From positions 3,531,902 to 3,595,901 of the forward strand of contig CAJINV010000005.1 of the NCBI GenBank assembly GCA_905178155.1: a stretch of 64,000 nt of DNA, read 5' to 3'. The position numbers were made by a program, and so were the translations under genes. Source of the DNA: Amoebophrya sp. A120. Taxonomy: Eukaryota > Protista > Dinoflagellata. This document shows, in pieces, positions 1 to 11,941 of this stretch (positions are counted from its first letter, which is position 1; every line of letters starts with the position of its first letter). Under the pieces are notes generated by a model. That model had not been told where the DNA came from. It was given only the letters and a program-made list of their open reading frames with translations, and searched no databases.

Positions 1-257
1 CGATCTCCCGTCGGTCTTTTCGGAGGACAGCAGGCACGCAGAAACAGGAAATGCAGAAAGAAAAAGACCAAGCCAATCAAACCGCTAAGGAGGACATCCA
101 GGAAGAGCCAGGCGAGGAAGTAAAGCAGCGGCAGCCCCACGAGCAGGAAGATCGCGGAGAAAGGGAGGACGCAGCAGGTGGTCAGAAACGTGTTATAGCA
201 GGGAAAACCGGCTTTGGGAAGGGGCTTGGAACTCTCGTCGCCGGGTTGGTAAACCAT
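1..257 (-). CDS. 5' part of a membrane protein, runs off the window edge
   Basis: My translation from ATG at 257: MVYQPGDESSKPLPKAGFPCYNTFLTTCCVLPFSAIFLLVGLPLLYFLAWLFLDVLLSGLIGLVFFFLHFLFLRACCPPKDRREI, open to base 1, with long hydrophobic segments. Same strand as all other genes. Confidence 0.6.
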   Translation of the reverse strand, partial: MVYQPGDESSKPLPKAGFPCYNTFLTTCCVLPFSAIFLLVGLPLLYFLAWLFLDVLLSGLIGLVFFFLHFLFLRACCPPKRPTGD

Positions 258-1798
258 TTTCTTCGATAAAGCACTACAGAGGAGGACGTAGTGCAGGTTG
301 GTCGGCGCGGCTGGAACTACACAGATTCTTCAGCGGTGGTCCTTGCGATTCTCAAAAGCAATCGCATTCGGAAAATAAGTTACAAAATTTGTACAGGTCG
401 TGCGTTCCCCAGGTCATTGATGTTGCCATCTTCTTCTTCCTCTGTGAGTTTTGTTTGGCTGCTCAGTAACAAACTCTGATGGCATGAAGATTGAATTTTT
501 CCCGTCCCAGGTAGAAAGTATTGTCTCACCCGTCCCAGTAGTCGTTGCTTCAGCGGTGGTGTGTTAACCGAACAGCACGATATCCATTATGAATTGATGG
601 AATGCGAACGATAGTAAATGGTGGAAAAAAATCACTTGCAATGCTGCTTTACTACAATATACAATTGTTCAATCAACAACAACGGTCGCAAACAAAATTT
701 AAACCTCAGGAGGAGGATATTAAGCTCTGAGCATCAATTGCGTGCCCGAAAAACGACGAAAGGAAAAATACTCACGAAGTAGTGCAAAACGAAGTTTCAC
801 ACGGATTTTCTGATATACCGCAGTGGATCTTCTTCTGTGCAATGTGAAAACCCATACGACTAGGACAACTACACGTTAGAGGATAAGATAGCTACTACAC
901 AGCTCTCGTCACGCTTCCCTGCCCATCATGCGTCATGGAAATGTACTAAGTGGGTTGATTGTTTGTGGTGCTTCAACAACAAACATGCGGTGCGCTGAAA
1001 AAGACGGAAAAAATATGAAAGAATCTCGCCAAGCCGGTGTCTCACACTAGGGATCTTGTTCAGGATCTACTTGACCTTGAGACTCATCTATATTGTTCAC
1101 GACTGACCATGATGTCGATCTCATACATTTATTCAGACCTCCTCTAAATAAACGCTCCGAATTGCCCCAGGTGCGGCCTTTGACGAATCTGCACCGTTCT
1201 GTATGATCATGTCGCTCGTCGTGATGAAGATGATCTTGTCATTCAAAATCTTTTGTCGATCTCAGCAGTGCCATTACCAGATCCATTTTCATTAGGACCT
1301 GCATACTATACTCACTTCAAAATCTTCAGAGCGATAGTTTTAGTACTTAGCAGAAGTCGCTCAGAAGTCAAAATTCGAGATCGAGCGGAACAGATGACAC
1401 AGATGGACGTCAGGAGCACGACCCTGGTACTAGATGCAAATTGCAGCGAGCACGAATCGATCGACGACACTTGAATACTTTAGATGATCCATCCTGCAGC
1501 TTCTGGAGAAGCTAAAGTTACAATAAATGAGGAAGAAACAGGAGCTTGTCGTGCTGTCGCTAGTCAACGAGTCGCTTTCACTTTCGAGTTCACATCACTG
1601 ACCCAAATTTTTCGATTTTCTGCGAAGAACTTCACGCATCTTCATTGAGTGGACGGACTTTTACTTCTTGTACTATACATTCATGTCTTCTGACTGTTGA
1701 TCGAACTGTAGATGAGAATAAGCTTTGAAGGGGAGCCAAAGTACTAGCCGGAGCGCGCTAGTACAAACATAGCCATAAGTACATCAAAAACCAGTCTG

Positions 1799-4654
1799 TT
1801 AGGTGCTATCCATACAGTCGTCCTCTTCCTCGTCGCCACTGTCGATGATTTGATCAGCCCAAGGATTTTCGATGTTGTAAATCGCATAGATGTCCCCCAC
1901 TTTCTGCACGTCTTTCGCCATCTTTTTAGCAAGCTGCTGCACATCCAGCAAGGGCGCAATCCGGCTAAGCACTTTGTCCAGATCGATCACGTCTTTCTTT
2001 TGGCTATCTTCATCATCGTCATCACAGATTTCAAACAAACACCCGGTTGCCGCAATGCGCAGGGTGGCTAGTTGGGCGCGGAGTAGGTGGTGAGACGGTA
2101 AGACCGCGTCTAAACCCATCACGTTCGGGGCAAACTCTTCGTGGAAAGTAGAACTTCCGTCGTTCAACAAAAGGCTTATCAATTCCCACTGCACGAGGCA
2201 AAGGTTGAAGTGCGAACTCATCTTGACCGAGGTTGATTCCGTCCTGGCTGGCCGATAATTCCGCGTCGCCAGCGGTTGAATGTCTTCGAAAAAACGAGGC
2301 TCCGTCTTCATTTGCAAACTGAGGAAGCCGGCGATAAGTCGTGCAAGGGTAACTTGGAAAACGCTGGTCAAGTCGCGAAGGGAGGTCCAGAGGAGCAGTT
2401 CTCGGGCTTCTTCCGCGCTCAGGGGCGGGGGTAGCGGAACGGCATCGTTTTGTTTTTGACGGTCATCTCCTGCAGATGAACAAGTTCTTGTGTCTGCAGC
2501 GTCGGTGGGGGTCGTGGCTGTCGTCGCGACTTGGGCTGGGGATGTTGATGAAATAAGCTGCAGTAATTGATCTTTTCCAGCGCTCGGCCCGATCGCGTCC
2601 GCGATCACCCGCGCAAAGTCGGCAATCTTGACTGCTCCGACCTTTCTTTTTCGTTCGGCCAGAGCGGTCTGTGCTTGTTTCAAGAAATCCACAAATTCAA
2701 GCTCATCCTTTGCGTCTTGATCTTTTTTATTCCGGCTTTTTGTACCTTCTTTTTTTTCCACCTCATCCAACGAGCGCGCTTTTACTAATCTCAACCCCCT
2801 TCGGATGATTTGGTTCACCTGTACTCTGTGGTAGTACTGCTCTTGCTTTGCCAGCTGCTCGAACATCACCTTCCTGAAATTGGATGGCAGCGCCGCCGCC
2901 GCCCCGTAGTTCTCCGGGTCGTTGTGCTTTTCATCCTTGTTTTTTAGTAGAGCAGCCTTCACAATAAACTCCACTCGCCGCCGAATCTTGTTCTTCACGA
3001 TCGTGTCGAGTTCCGAATCCAGCTCCTGCAGCCACACGGACTCGAGCTCCTTCGCGATCCTGCTGAGTGTGCTTCTTTCAGCCGTGAATAAAGCAGCTGG
3101 GTTTCTGATCTTATTTGGGGTAGAAGTTTCGTCGCCTCTTATTTTGCCATGGTCGTCCGGCGCATCCATTGCAGCAGCTTCGTGTATTTTTTCGTCGAGT
3201 GACTGACTGACTTCCTTGATTTGGTCCTGCAAAAGCTGCAGCTTTTTGAAGATTGAGCTATGCAGTTTAGCCTGCTTGCTTTCGAGTAGTAGGTCCACAA
3301 CAGGGGCGGAAGCCTGCAGGCAGAAAGAATCATTCGAGGCACTAGTTGTAGAAAAAGTAGTCAACAGCTGGCTCTTGTTTCTCTCGTCGCTTTGCGTTTG
3401 CGTTTGGGTTATTTCCTTATTGCAGCTGTTCTTGCCAATAATTCCTCCGGCCAATTCCAACGTCGAGGCTTGATATTGAAAGAGCAGCTGTCGCACCTCG
3501 CTGCATTTAAAACAGCCACACATTTCGAACTCTTTCCCCGACCTCAACTTCCTCCACCGGTCCAGAACCGGCCACAGCGGCGGCAGGTAGGAATGGCTTA
3601 AAAACTCACCTTTCTTGATCTCTCGGATGGCGCGGACCTGAACCTCGCCAAAGTCATGTTCTTGATGCTGGGAAACTAGTAGAGCACCATCCGCACGTTG
3701 AGTTGTTCCAGATGTTGAACAAGCGTTCATCCGCCCCTGTGGTCCACCTGCTTCCGTTCCGAAAAAAACTCGGTCGCAGTTCGGCGCGCAACTGTGCTCC
3801 AAAAGGGCCATGTTGACGAAAACCCCGGCGCAGTTGTCCGCAACCCGACTGTGCCCGGAAATGGAAAAGTGGTTGATGTGAAGCCTTGCCCAGACGGCCA
3901 GGACGACCTCCAACACGGATTGCCTTTGCCATTTCTCCTTCGCATCCAGTGCCGTCACTTGTTTCGTCTCGAACTCTAGCGTCTTCGCAACGAATTCTTG
4001 CAAGTACTCCAACCGCTCGGCGGACATAGCCGCGGAAAGGCGGCGGGCTGAAGACGATGGCGATACTAGAAGAAGTTTTTCAGCATCGGTTTTTGATATT
4101 TGTTCATCCTCCTCGAAGATGTCGTTCAAATTGTTTCGTCCCACTAGCTCTTTCAACTGCTTCTTTTCACTTTCCTCGATACTAGTAGTCCACCTGTCCA
4201 CCGAATCCAGATTGTGTGCTTCTTGCGTGAGAAAAAGTTCCCGCGCTTCTTTTGACTCGTTCAGCTTCCCGATACTGCGGATCAGCAAAGCCTCCTCCGG
4301 GGTCGCCGGTTGGTCGTTTTTCCGCGCCCAAAACTGACACTCAAACGCGTGCGTCGTGTCCTCGTTCTCAAAACAACACTCCGCAGAACAAAATTTTGCG
4401 GGGCAACAGCCGCAAGGTTCTAGGTCTGCTGCGTCGGTTGATGTGCACGAGTGGTTTTTCTGGTCATCTTCTCCTTGTTTGGTATTTTTGGTGAAAAACT
4501 CTGTCCCACAGCCGACGCAATTCGTTTCCCAACTAGCTGCGAGAACCAATGGTTTTTCCGTCAGAATCGGGTCGCCGGGCTGGAGGTCTTTGAGCGCCTT
4601 CAGCCGGTAGCCGAAGAGGGCCGCGTCGTACACTTTCTCACACGTGTCGTTCAT
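1799..4654 (-). CDS. SET and MYND domain protein (SMYD-like lysine methyltransferase), intronless
   Basis: 951-aa ORF with a split SET N-part (GYRLKALKDLQPGDPILTEKPLV), MYND-type Cys pattern (CVGC...CGCCPAKFCSAECC...HAFEC), SET core EHSCAPN, VRAIREIKKGEFLSHSY and post-SET CxCxxC (CGCFKC). Confidence 0.85.
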   Translation of the reverse strand: MNDTCEKVYDAALFGYRLKALKDLQPGDPILTEKPLVLAASWETNCVGCGTEFFTKNTKQGEDDQKNHSCTSTDAADLEPCGCCPAKFCSAECCFENEDTTHAFECQFWARKNDQPATPEEALLIRSIGKLNESKEARELFLTQEAHNLDSVDRWTTSIEESEKKQLKELVGRNNLNDIFEEDEQISKTDAEKLLLVSPSSSARRLSAAMSAERLEYLQEFVAKTLEFETKQVTALDAKEKWQRQSVLEVVLAVWARLHINHFSISGHSRVADNCAGVFVNMALLEHSCAPNCDRVFFGTEAGGPQGRMNACSTSGTTQRADGALLVSQHQEHDFGEVQVRAIREIKKGEFLSHSYLPPLWPVLDRWRKLRSGKEFEMCGCFKCSEVRQLLFQYQASTLELAGGIIGKNSCNKEITQTQTQSDERNKSQLLTTFSTTSASNDSFCLQASAPVVDLLLESKQAKLHSSIFKKLQLLQDQIKEVSQSLDEKIHEAAAMDAPDDHGKIRGDETSTPNKIRNPAALFTAERSTLSRIAKELESVWLQELDSELDTIVKNKIRRRVEFIVKAALLKNKDEKHNDPENYGAAAALPSNFRKVMFEQLAKQEQYYHRVQVNQIIRRGLRLVKARSLDEVEKKEGTKSRNKKDQDAKDELEFVDFLKQAQTALAERKRKVGAVKIADFARVIADAIGPSAGKDQLLQLISSTSPAQVATTATTPTDAADTRTCSSAGDDRQKQNDAVPLPPPLSAEEARELLLWTSLRDLTSVFQVTLARLIAGFLSLQMKTEPRFFEDIQPLATRNYRPARTESTSVKMSSHFNLCLVQWELISLLLNDGSSTFHEEFAPNVMGLDAVLPSHHLLRAQLATLRIAATGCLFEICDDDDEDSQKKDVIDLDKVLSRIAPLLDVQQLAKKMAKDVQKVGDIYAIYNIENPWADQIIDSGDEEEDDCMDST

Positions 4655-5964
4655 TTTCTATCGCGGTGGTTGGGGAAATGTTTGAAACGCGCCCGAATCT
4701 CCTGCCTTTTCCGGTCGGCAACCAAGGGGGTCGTAGAGTTTATAAAATGCTTTCGGCTGTTGTTGTTGCGGGAAAACACATCTTCGAGTTTGTAGTTTGT
4801 AGATCTTTTGAATTTCAAAGACTATTGCTATTCAACGTACATCACAATATTTCTAACCTCACATCAAACACACCGTGAGTGGCTTTCTTGAGTGCGGGGG
4901 TCCCTGTTTTCACAATTCATCAGATCGATATGGGGCTTTCAGCAAAGGGCGGAATAGACTTTCGAGATGCAAATCGAGAAAAATAAAAAATAAAAGTAAA
5001 TTTCCTTCAGCAGGACCATGCACGCAGCGCAAACCACGTGCTCGGTAATCACAATCTATCAAGGCAATGATCAACATGATCCTGATCTCTCTTCATCTTC
5101 TATCCAGGACCCCCAAAACCAACTTGTTTGCATCTTCGACATCTTTCTTTCTTTCTTTCTTACCATGCCCGGGCATGGCGTCAAATTTCAAGGCCCTACA
5201 AGATCCATCGCAATCTCATTTCCTTCTCTCCATTGATCTTTCATGTCATCTGCAACTCTAATCTTAAAAACAAAATGTGAAAGTCATCTACTTCTGAAAA
5301 AAAAATAAACGATCTAAAAGCAACTATTCAAACTTAGCCATTACCTGATTCCGAAAAATTAATAAGCAATCTGAATATCTTTTCTGGCAAGATCTGGACC
5401 GCTGGTTTATCGATTTGGAAACGCCACTGGATGTTCTGTTTCTGTAACCAAATCAAGGCGGTACTTATTTTCCGGATCGCAATTCCAATTTGCTCCTTTC
5501 AATTTGTACCAAGTAAAGCTGGCGTCTCGGCGCGAGTGATCATTTCATGGGCTTCGGACTTCGGATGATCGAGTGGCGGGCGTCTATCTGCTCCCCGACT
5601 CGGACTCGAAACTGAAGCCACGCACTCGCAGCTCCAGGATCGGCCATGAAATGACCGAGAAGCGTTCGCGTTTGGTTCAAAATTTCTTTCTCTTTTCAGC
5701 AGACAACAGAACCGGAGGGAGTTACCTACTTGAAGCAAGATAACTGAAATACATATTCAGCTTTTTTTGATGACCTTACACCTGCCAAACCCCTACCGAG
5801 AAAAAACCTTTCAGAAAAACTGGGAAGCCTTGTTCTTGGCATGGTACGGAATAACAGCAGCTCCATCGTGATTGACGTTTTTTCTCTACTTGAGCAAGAA
5901 CTGCAACAACAACAAACAACACTCAACCGCTCAACTTCCGCAAAAGGAAGAACCTTCCTCGCAA

Positions 5965-6462
5965 CTCATGAGAGGGGCCTTCTTGGTCTCCGGTCCTCGG
6001 TCCTCAGTCGCTCGCAAGGGAATACTTGAAGAGCTAAGAAGGTCGAAAGCTGAGACACATGAAAGGGAGTTTCTTGGTCTCCGGTCCTCGGTCCTCAGTC
6101 CCTCGCATGGTAATACATGACGAGATAAGAAAGAAGAAAGCTGAGACACATGAAAGGGGGTTTCTTGGTTTCCGGTCCTCGGTCCTCAGTCCCTCGCAAG
6201 GTAATACCTGACGAGATAAGAAGGTAGAAAGCTGAGACACATGAAAGGGGGTTTCTTGGTCTCCGGTCCTCGGTCCTCAGTCCCTCGCAAGGTAATGGCT
6301 GACGAGATAAGAAGGCAGAAAGCCCAGACACATAGGAGGGGGCTTGTTGGTCTCCCATCCTCGGCCCCCAGTCCCTCGCGAGGCAATATATAAAGAGAGA
6401 AGAAAGGAGAAGGGGGACACACATGAGCGGGAGTCTGTTGGCCTCCGGTCCTCGGTCCGGAC
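5965..6462 (+). repeat. 91-bp tandem array (6 cores), left arm of the Foldback-like element
   Basis: Core TTGGTCTCCGGTCCTCGGTCC at about 5982, 6073, 6164, 6255, 6346 and 6437. Confidence 0.9.
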
Positions 6463-9400
6463 GCCCGCGAAAGTGCGGAGCTTTTTCGTGTGTTTTTTGT
6501 TATTTTTTCGCTCGCCAGTTACAGTTCTGGAGGAGCAAGTCGCTGGGGCCATGTCGGCCGCCATTGGAAGAATTCAGGCGCGCGCGCCCTTTTTCTTCTT
6601 CAGAGCTGTAGCACCGTTGAAGGCGATGGAGGTGCTCTGAGCTGTCGCTGCGAAAAGCCGCCCGATTCTCTATGGCGAACGCACTCGATAAAGCTAGGGC
6701 CCCTGCGATCCTCCGGCGGCACACTCGGCCCAGCGTTGCTCCTCCTACGAAATCGCAGGCAGATCATCAACACCACCCCAATATGGCACCTCGCTCCTCT
6801 TCAAAACAGCAGGAGTGCCGCAACAGTGGCAGCAGTCAATCAAGAGCGCTCTCGAAGGTCATTTTTGAGGATCTGCAGCGCTACGGTAGTAGCAGCCAGA
6901 AGAGCACCGCGGAGGAAATCAACCGCAATCGCGTTGGTTCTGAGGTCCTTCCCAAGCGAGCAGATCGGGAAGTTTAAAAGTGGCACCGTCGTCACAGCTT
7001 TGACGATCCCGATAATTAAATCAAGTTAAGAATCAGAAGCAGGCCACACGGCATAACGGGCGAGGTCCGGTCTCTAGAGTTATCCAAATGGATGGAGATG
7101 AAAGCAATGGGCCTTGAACATTTGACGCCATGCCCAGGCACGAGAGAAAAAAAGCGAGAAAGCTATCCAAGCCAGGCGATCGGCCATTTGTCTTCCGTGG
7201 CAGTATTCTTCTGGGCTTGTCAAGTATCAGGCTCCTGCTTCAGCAGCAGCAGCACCCTGCGAGCTTTACTACGGCTCTTACGAAGCGAAAGGGCCGAGCT
7301 GTCGCGGTTTGAGCAATGCCGTCGAGCAAGATAATACGAGGGATCACGTTGGCGGATTGCAGTTTACTTCTCGGCTTTCTGCAATGTGCAGAGCGGAGCG
7401 CTCCCATCCTTTACAGAAAGTCCGCTACTTGCTCCAATATGACACAGATTGAGATAGTGAGAAGATCAACGCACCCACTTCAGACCAATTCGGCGCAGAA
7501 GATCAGCACCGCCTTCAAATGCATCCAGATCCGTTTTCTTATTCTACGACTTTCATCCACCACGCAAGCCGGTTTTTTTTCATTTCCCAAAACCAAAGCA
7601 GGACAGGGAAGCTGATAGACTCACTTACAGCCCAGACCTCACAGCTCGGCGCATCATCATCAGAACGCGCACGATCGGAGGCGGCGGAATTGTGGACGCA
7701 GATGTCAGGGCGAAAGTATATCTCCTCCCAAGTTGTTGACTAGTAGATTGCTTCCGAGGTGGCCCCTTTTCATTTCTACTCCGCCGACACTGGCAAAGAA
7801 AAGCGTAGAAGTGGAGCGAAGTGACTACGTGCGATCGAGTGAGAGAGCGAAACGGACTGACTATGTGCGAAGAACAGCCCAGGAACAAAGGCCGCGACTA
7901 TGTGCGAAGGAGTGGGAGACAGCGAGTCTAAGTGGGTAGCAAGCGAGTCGGGCACTGCCCTACTCGCCTGCCTGATGTCTTTCCGCAGCGCTCGCAGTCG
8001 AACTCTCGGCCAAGTTGGTCCCTCGCTGTTTTGACGCGACGGAACGAAGCAGAGGACGCGCGCGAGACAGCGTCACTAGTCGGCTTCACTTGCCGGGCAA
8101 GCTTTCCCAAACCGACACTGGCTAAAGCGTAGAAGTGAAGCGAGGCGACTCTGAGCGAAAGAGTGGGCGAAGTGAAGCGACTACGTGCGAAGCACAGCCC
8201 CGGATCAAAGAGCGTGGCGGTGTGCGGCGATTTCTCGCCGTTTTGAGTTTGACGCGACGGAGCCGAACGAGGTGGGCAGTTCCATTTGGGCGCCTTCTTG
8301 TGCCACCATCGTCGCCGGTGTGTGATGATGGTGCTGGTGTACATATGTCGAGCAAGAGAAGATCTCTCTTGCCACTCATGTCACAAAGAAACTCGGGCGC
8401 GCCGCGCAGATGTCGGCCAACGGCGCTCGCGTATATCGGTCACCGACCGGCTGAAAAGGCCGGCGATGTCTTTTGAGTTCGGTCCTTGGTGTACTTTTAC
8501 ACGAAGAAACTGCGCGCGCATTTGAATGTGGCAGGAGTTTCCGAAAGTCGGCGCGCCTATAAATACCTAGTGCCGCGCGGGGAAAACCTGTCCAAAAGCG
8601 TGCGCTCGTGTGCCGTAGCCCGAGCGCAGCGCCATCATCATCAAAATGCGGCAGGTTTTTTTCCAGCAAGCGGCGGCCTACAACGCTCCGGAGATTTCCT
8701 GCAAGCTACGGAGGCAGGCGGCAGGCAGGTAAGTTCCCTCGCGTGCAGCGACACGAGTATCAGCATCGCCTTGCTTCGCCACCTTTTGCTTTTTGCGGGG
8801 CCGCAGAAATGCTCGCCAACGGCCAACCCACGCACTCGCTGCGGGTCGCGCGGTGCTGTGATTTCACAGGAGGAGGCCCTGGCGCTGCTGCGCGTCTGTG
8901 TCGCTACTGGATCGATGTCATCAAGGATGTGCGGCTACTTGCTCCACATGAGTGATGGCGTATCTATATGCGCGCGGGCTACTGACTGGCAAAATGCAGC
9001 CTTTTTTCGTAAGAGAACGCCACCCCCTTCGCTTCGTTCCAGCGCGCAAACTTTGGGCCATTTTGTAAGATTTCAGCTCTTTCCTACACTAAGAACGCAA
9101 CACAGTCCGGCCAAATGGGCTCGCGCGCTGACAAGCCTGCCGGGCCGGGAGGGTATTTGCCTGCCGCTCGCCGGACGTCGTGTCGTACCAACGGGCCGCC
9201 CGCCGCTGGCCAGACGGTGAACAACCAGGGACCACATTAGCAACGCTAGCAGCGCAGCCGAAAGGGGGGCGAAGCAAGCAGTTTTCAGCTACACGGGCCG
9301 GCTTTCGTCAGCGGCGGCATGGATGTCGTTGCGCACGAGGTCCCCCGGGGGGGGGTGCCGAAAGAGGCCGGCGCGTTTTTTTTTCGTTTTCCCATCCGGC

Positions 9401-9774
9401 CCGGCGGTGGGCAGTTGACTACCCCTCGCAAGGGCCCTGAAGGTGGCAGCGGAGGGGGAACCAACGCCATCAGAGGAGAAGCGACGCGAGCTCGGCATGA
9501 TCGCGCCGTCGGTCGAGAAAGATCTCTGGGCGCGCAAAACGGGCTGTATCCGGGCGCTGTAGCTGTACTGTAATAACAGAGCGGATGGAGGTCGACTTCT
9601 CAGACACAGCGGCATCGGCTTCGGAGCCACATGCGCCGGCGCAAAAGTGGGAACGCCAGTCGGCCCGCGTCTGGGACGGCAGCACAGCGGCTCGCGGAGT
9701 CTGTAGATGTGCTGAGAATCGCTGCAGCGGGCCAGCACTTTGCGAGGGAGGTACTAGCAACACCGGCGGGCCGG

Positions 9775-10275
9775 CTACCGGGACCGGAGGCCACAAACCT
9801 CCCTCATATGTGTCTGATGTTTCTCCCTTCTTGTCCCGTCGCGTATTAATTGCCCCCAGATGAACTGAGGCCCGAGGACCGGAGACCATCGGCCTCCTTC
9901 TTATGTGTCTGGCGCTTTTGCCTTCTTATCTCGTCATATATTACCTCGTGACGAAGTGGGGACCGAGGACCGGAGACCAACAACCTCCTTCTTATGTGTC
10001 TGGCGCTTCTACCTTCTTATCGCGTCAAATATTACCTCGCGATGGAGTGAGGACCGAGGACCGGAGACCACCAGCCTCCTTCTTATGTGACTGATGTTTC
10101 TCCCTTCTTATCTCCTCATATATTACCTCGTGATGGAATGAGGACCGAGGACCGGAGACCAACAACCTCCTTCTTATGTGTCTGGTGCTTCTCCCTTCTT
10201 ATCTCCTCAAATATTACCTCGTGATGGAGTGAGGACCGAGGACCGGAGACCAACAACCTCCTCTTTATGTGTGTC
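9775..10275 (-). repeat. 91-bp tandem array (6 cores), right arm, inverted relative to the left arm
   Basis: Core GACCGAGGACCGGAGACCA at about 9780, 9870, 9961, 10052, 10143 and 10234. Confidence 0.9.
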
Positions 10276-10765
10276 AAGTGTCTGCCATTTTATGTAGTGC
10301 GTTGCTCTACATGAGATTCCTTTAGGATCTTCTGTCGTTACTTTTTCAATTCCTTTTAGAGCACAAACACGAAACACGATGGAGCTGCTGTTATTCCGTG
10401 CCATGCCTTGTTCTTGGGCCTCGAGCTTTAAAACATTATTGAGCGACGTTTTACCTTGACTTACCTTGAAGAGTGTGGATTTACCTTGACTTTCCTACCT
10501 CGAAAAATGGATAACAACGCGTCGGAAAACTAATTGAACTTTTGCAACGTCGTTTTGCATGCGGCGGTAGCTCAACCGCTTTGAGATTCCACTTTTTTTG
10601 GTCCTTCTCTCAGTTGCTCTTGCTTGCATCGTGTCTGTCGTCGCATTAAAAGCGAGGAATTGAAATTACGACAGCTACACAACTATTCCACCTCTGCATC
10701 TCTGTTTGTCCACAAATTCCACCTGTTGCGTTTGCATCGTACACAAAGCAAACGCGCGAAAGCTT

Positions 10766-11824
10766 TATTGCCGACGTTGCATCCATAGGCCCTGTCGCTG
10801 AATTATTTCTGCGCCGTAGTACTCCAGCACCCTATTGCAGCGAATTTTATAAGGTTCCAGGGTCAATACGAGGCGACCAATACGAGCAATCGGACCAATA
10901 CGAATCGCATACGAGCGCGGTCGCCGGCTCCTGCCTCCCTGTCGCCGATACATCCCGCCCGTGCTTCCATTTGAAAATGTGCGGACCCGCGCCTGGTGCT
11001 GCTATCTTCCTAGGGATCTCTCCTCTAAGATGACACAATACGAGCGCGCAGCATGCTGCGCGGTCTGGTCCACGTCCCCTCTGACCGGGAAAACTATCTA
11101 AACCTCGGGACAGAGGCTCCCCTACTTCTAACTGAGCCTGTTACTAGTCTGAGTCCACTGACTACCCCATCTAGAACGCAGGGCCACGCGCATACGGCTC
11201 GTTGCATGGGTGTAGTAGCGTCCCCGCTCTGCAGCGGCAGCCCCCGCCCAAAACAGTCCTACTACGGCTGTGGTTGGCGCATGCTACGCAGGCCCAAGCA
11301 TGGAACCAGCTCGGGCGCCGGTGAATAGCGGCGATTCTTGACTCTGCCCGGCCCCTGAAGCTCATGCGGCAAAGCATATGAGCCAGCGGCGCAAAAGGAG
11401 CGGCGCCGCTTTACGGGCGTATTTGAGGGCAGTGGCGTCGCCAACACGTGCTCACCAGCAGTTCTCATCTATTCGCTCTTATTTACCAAAAGGAAAAGCC
11501 GCGCCGCAGGCGCGGCGCCGAGTTTTTTTTTGAAGTGGCGCGGCAGCTTTTTAAAGTTTCAAAGCAGCGCGCCGTCGTTTTATGCGACGGGATCGCGGTA
11601 TATCAAGCGGGGCAGGCGCCTGAGCCGACCATCTTCGGTGTCCTGGCGCCACGTCAATACGAGGCGACCAATGCGAGCAACGGGAGCAATACGAATTTCA
11701 TCGATTGCTGTGCAGGTTCAATACGACTCGTATTGATTATAAAATTCGCTGCTATTGGAATCGCATCGCATGAACTTATCGCAAATCTCAATCAAAAGTT
11801 GTTCATGGTACTGCGTATTGCGTA
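10766..11824. repeat. Interspersed repeat with clustered CAATRCGA subterminal motifs (probable non-autonomous TE)
   Basis: TCAATACGAGGCGACCAATRCGAGCAA occurs at about 10863 and 11655 around a GC-rich core. Related motif clusters are at 15935-16555. Ends are uncertain. Confidence 0.4.
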
Positions 11825-11941
11825 AAGCCTAACTTCAAAGCTCTGAACTTCTGAAGAAGAACAATTCAGCACAAGCTTCTTCGGTACTGTAGGAGCTACC
11901 AAGGTGAGCCAGAGAAGAACAAAAGTCCACATCGCACTCCC

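Larger units (their letters stand above)
5838..10407. mobile_element. Foldback/MULE-like DNA transposon, 4.57 kb, long modular TIRs, apparently non-autonomous
   Basis: 33-bp terminal IR GGCATGGYACGGAATAACAGCAGCTCCATCGTG (1 mismatch). Flanking direct repeat TTGTTCTT at 5830-5837 and 10408-10415, extendable to CCTTGTTCTTGG. Inverted arrays of 91-bp units in both arms. Confidence 0.85.

Noticed and set aside
8486-9220. 244-aa plus-strand ORF as a transposase
   Set aside because: No DDE, zinc-finger or other recognisable motif; GC-rich sequence yields chance ORFs.
5965-10275. 91-bp periodic repeats as a CRISPR array
   Set aside because: The sequence between cores is also repeated, so there are no unique spacers. 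The arrays are the inverted arms of a TIR element, there are no cas genes, and the context is eukaryotic.
10450-10495. TTACCTTGAC micro-repeats and similar small duplications (30767-30810, 37335-37438, 41282-41376)
   Set aside because: Local slippage-type duplications without further structure.
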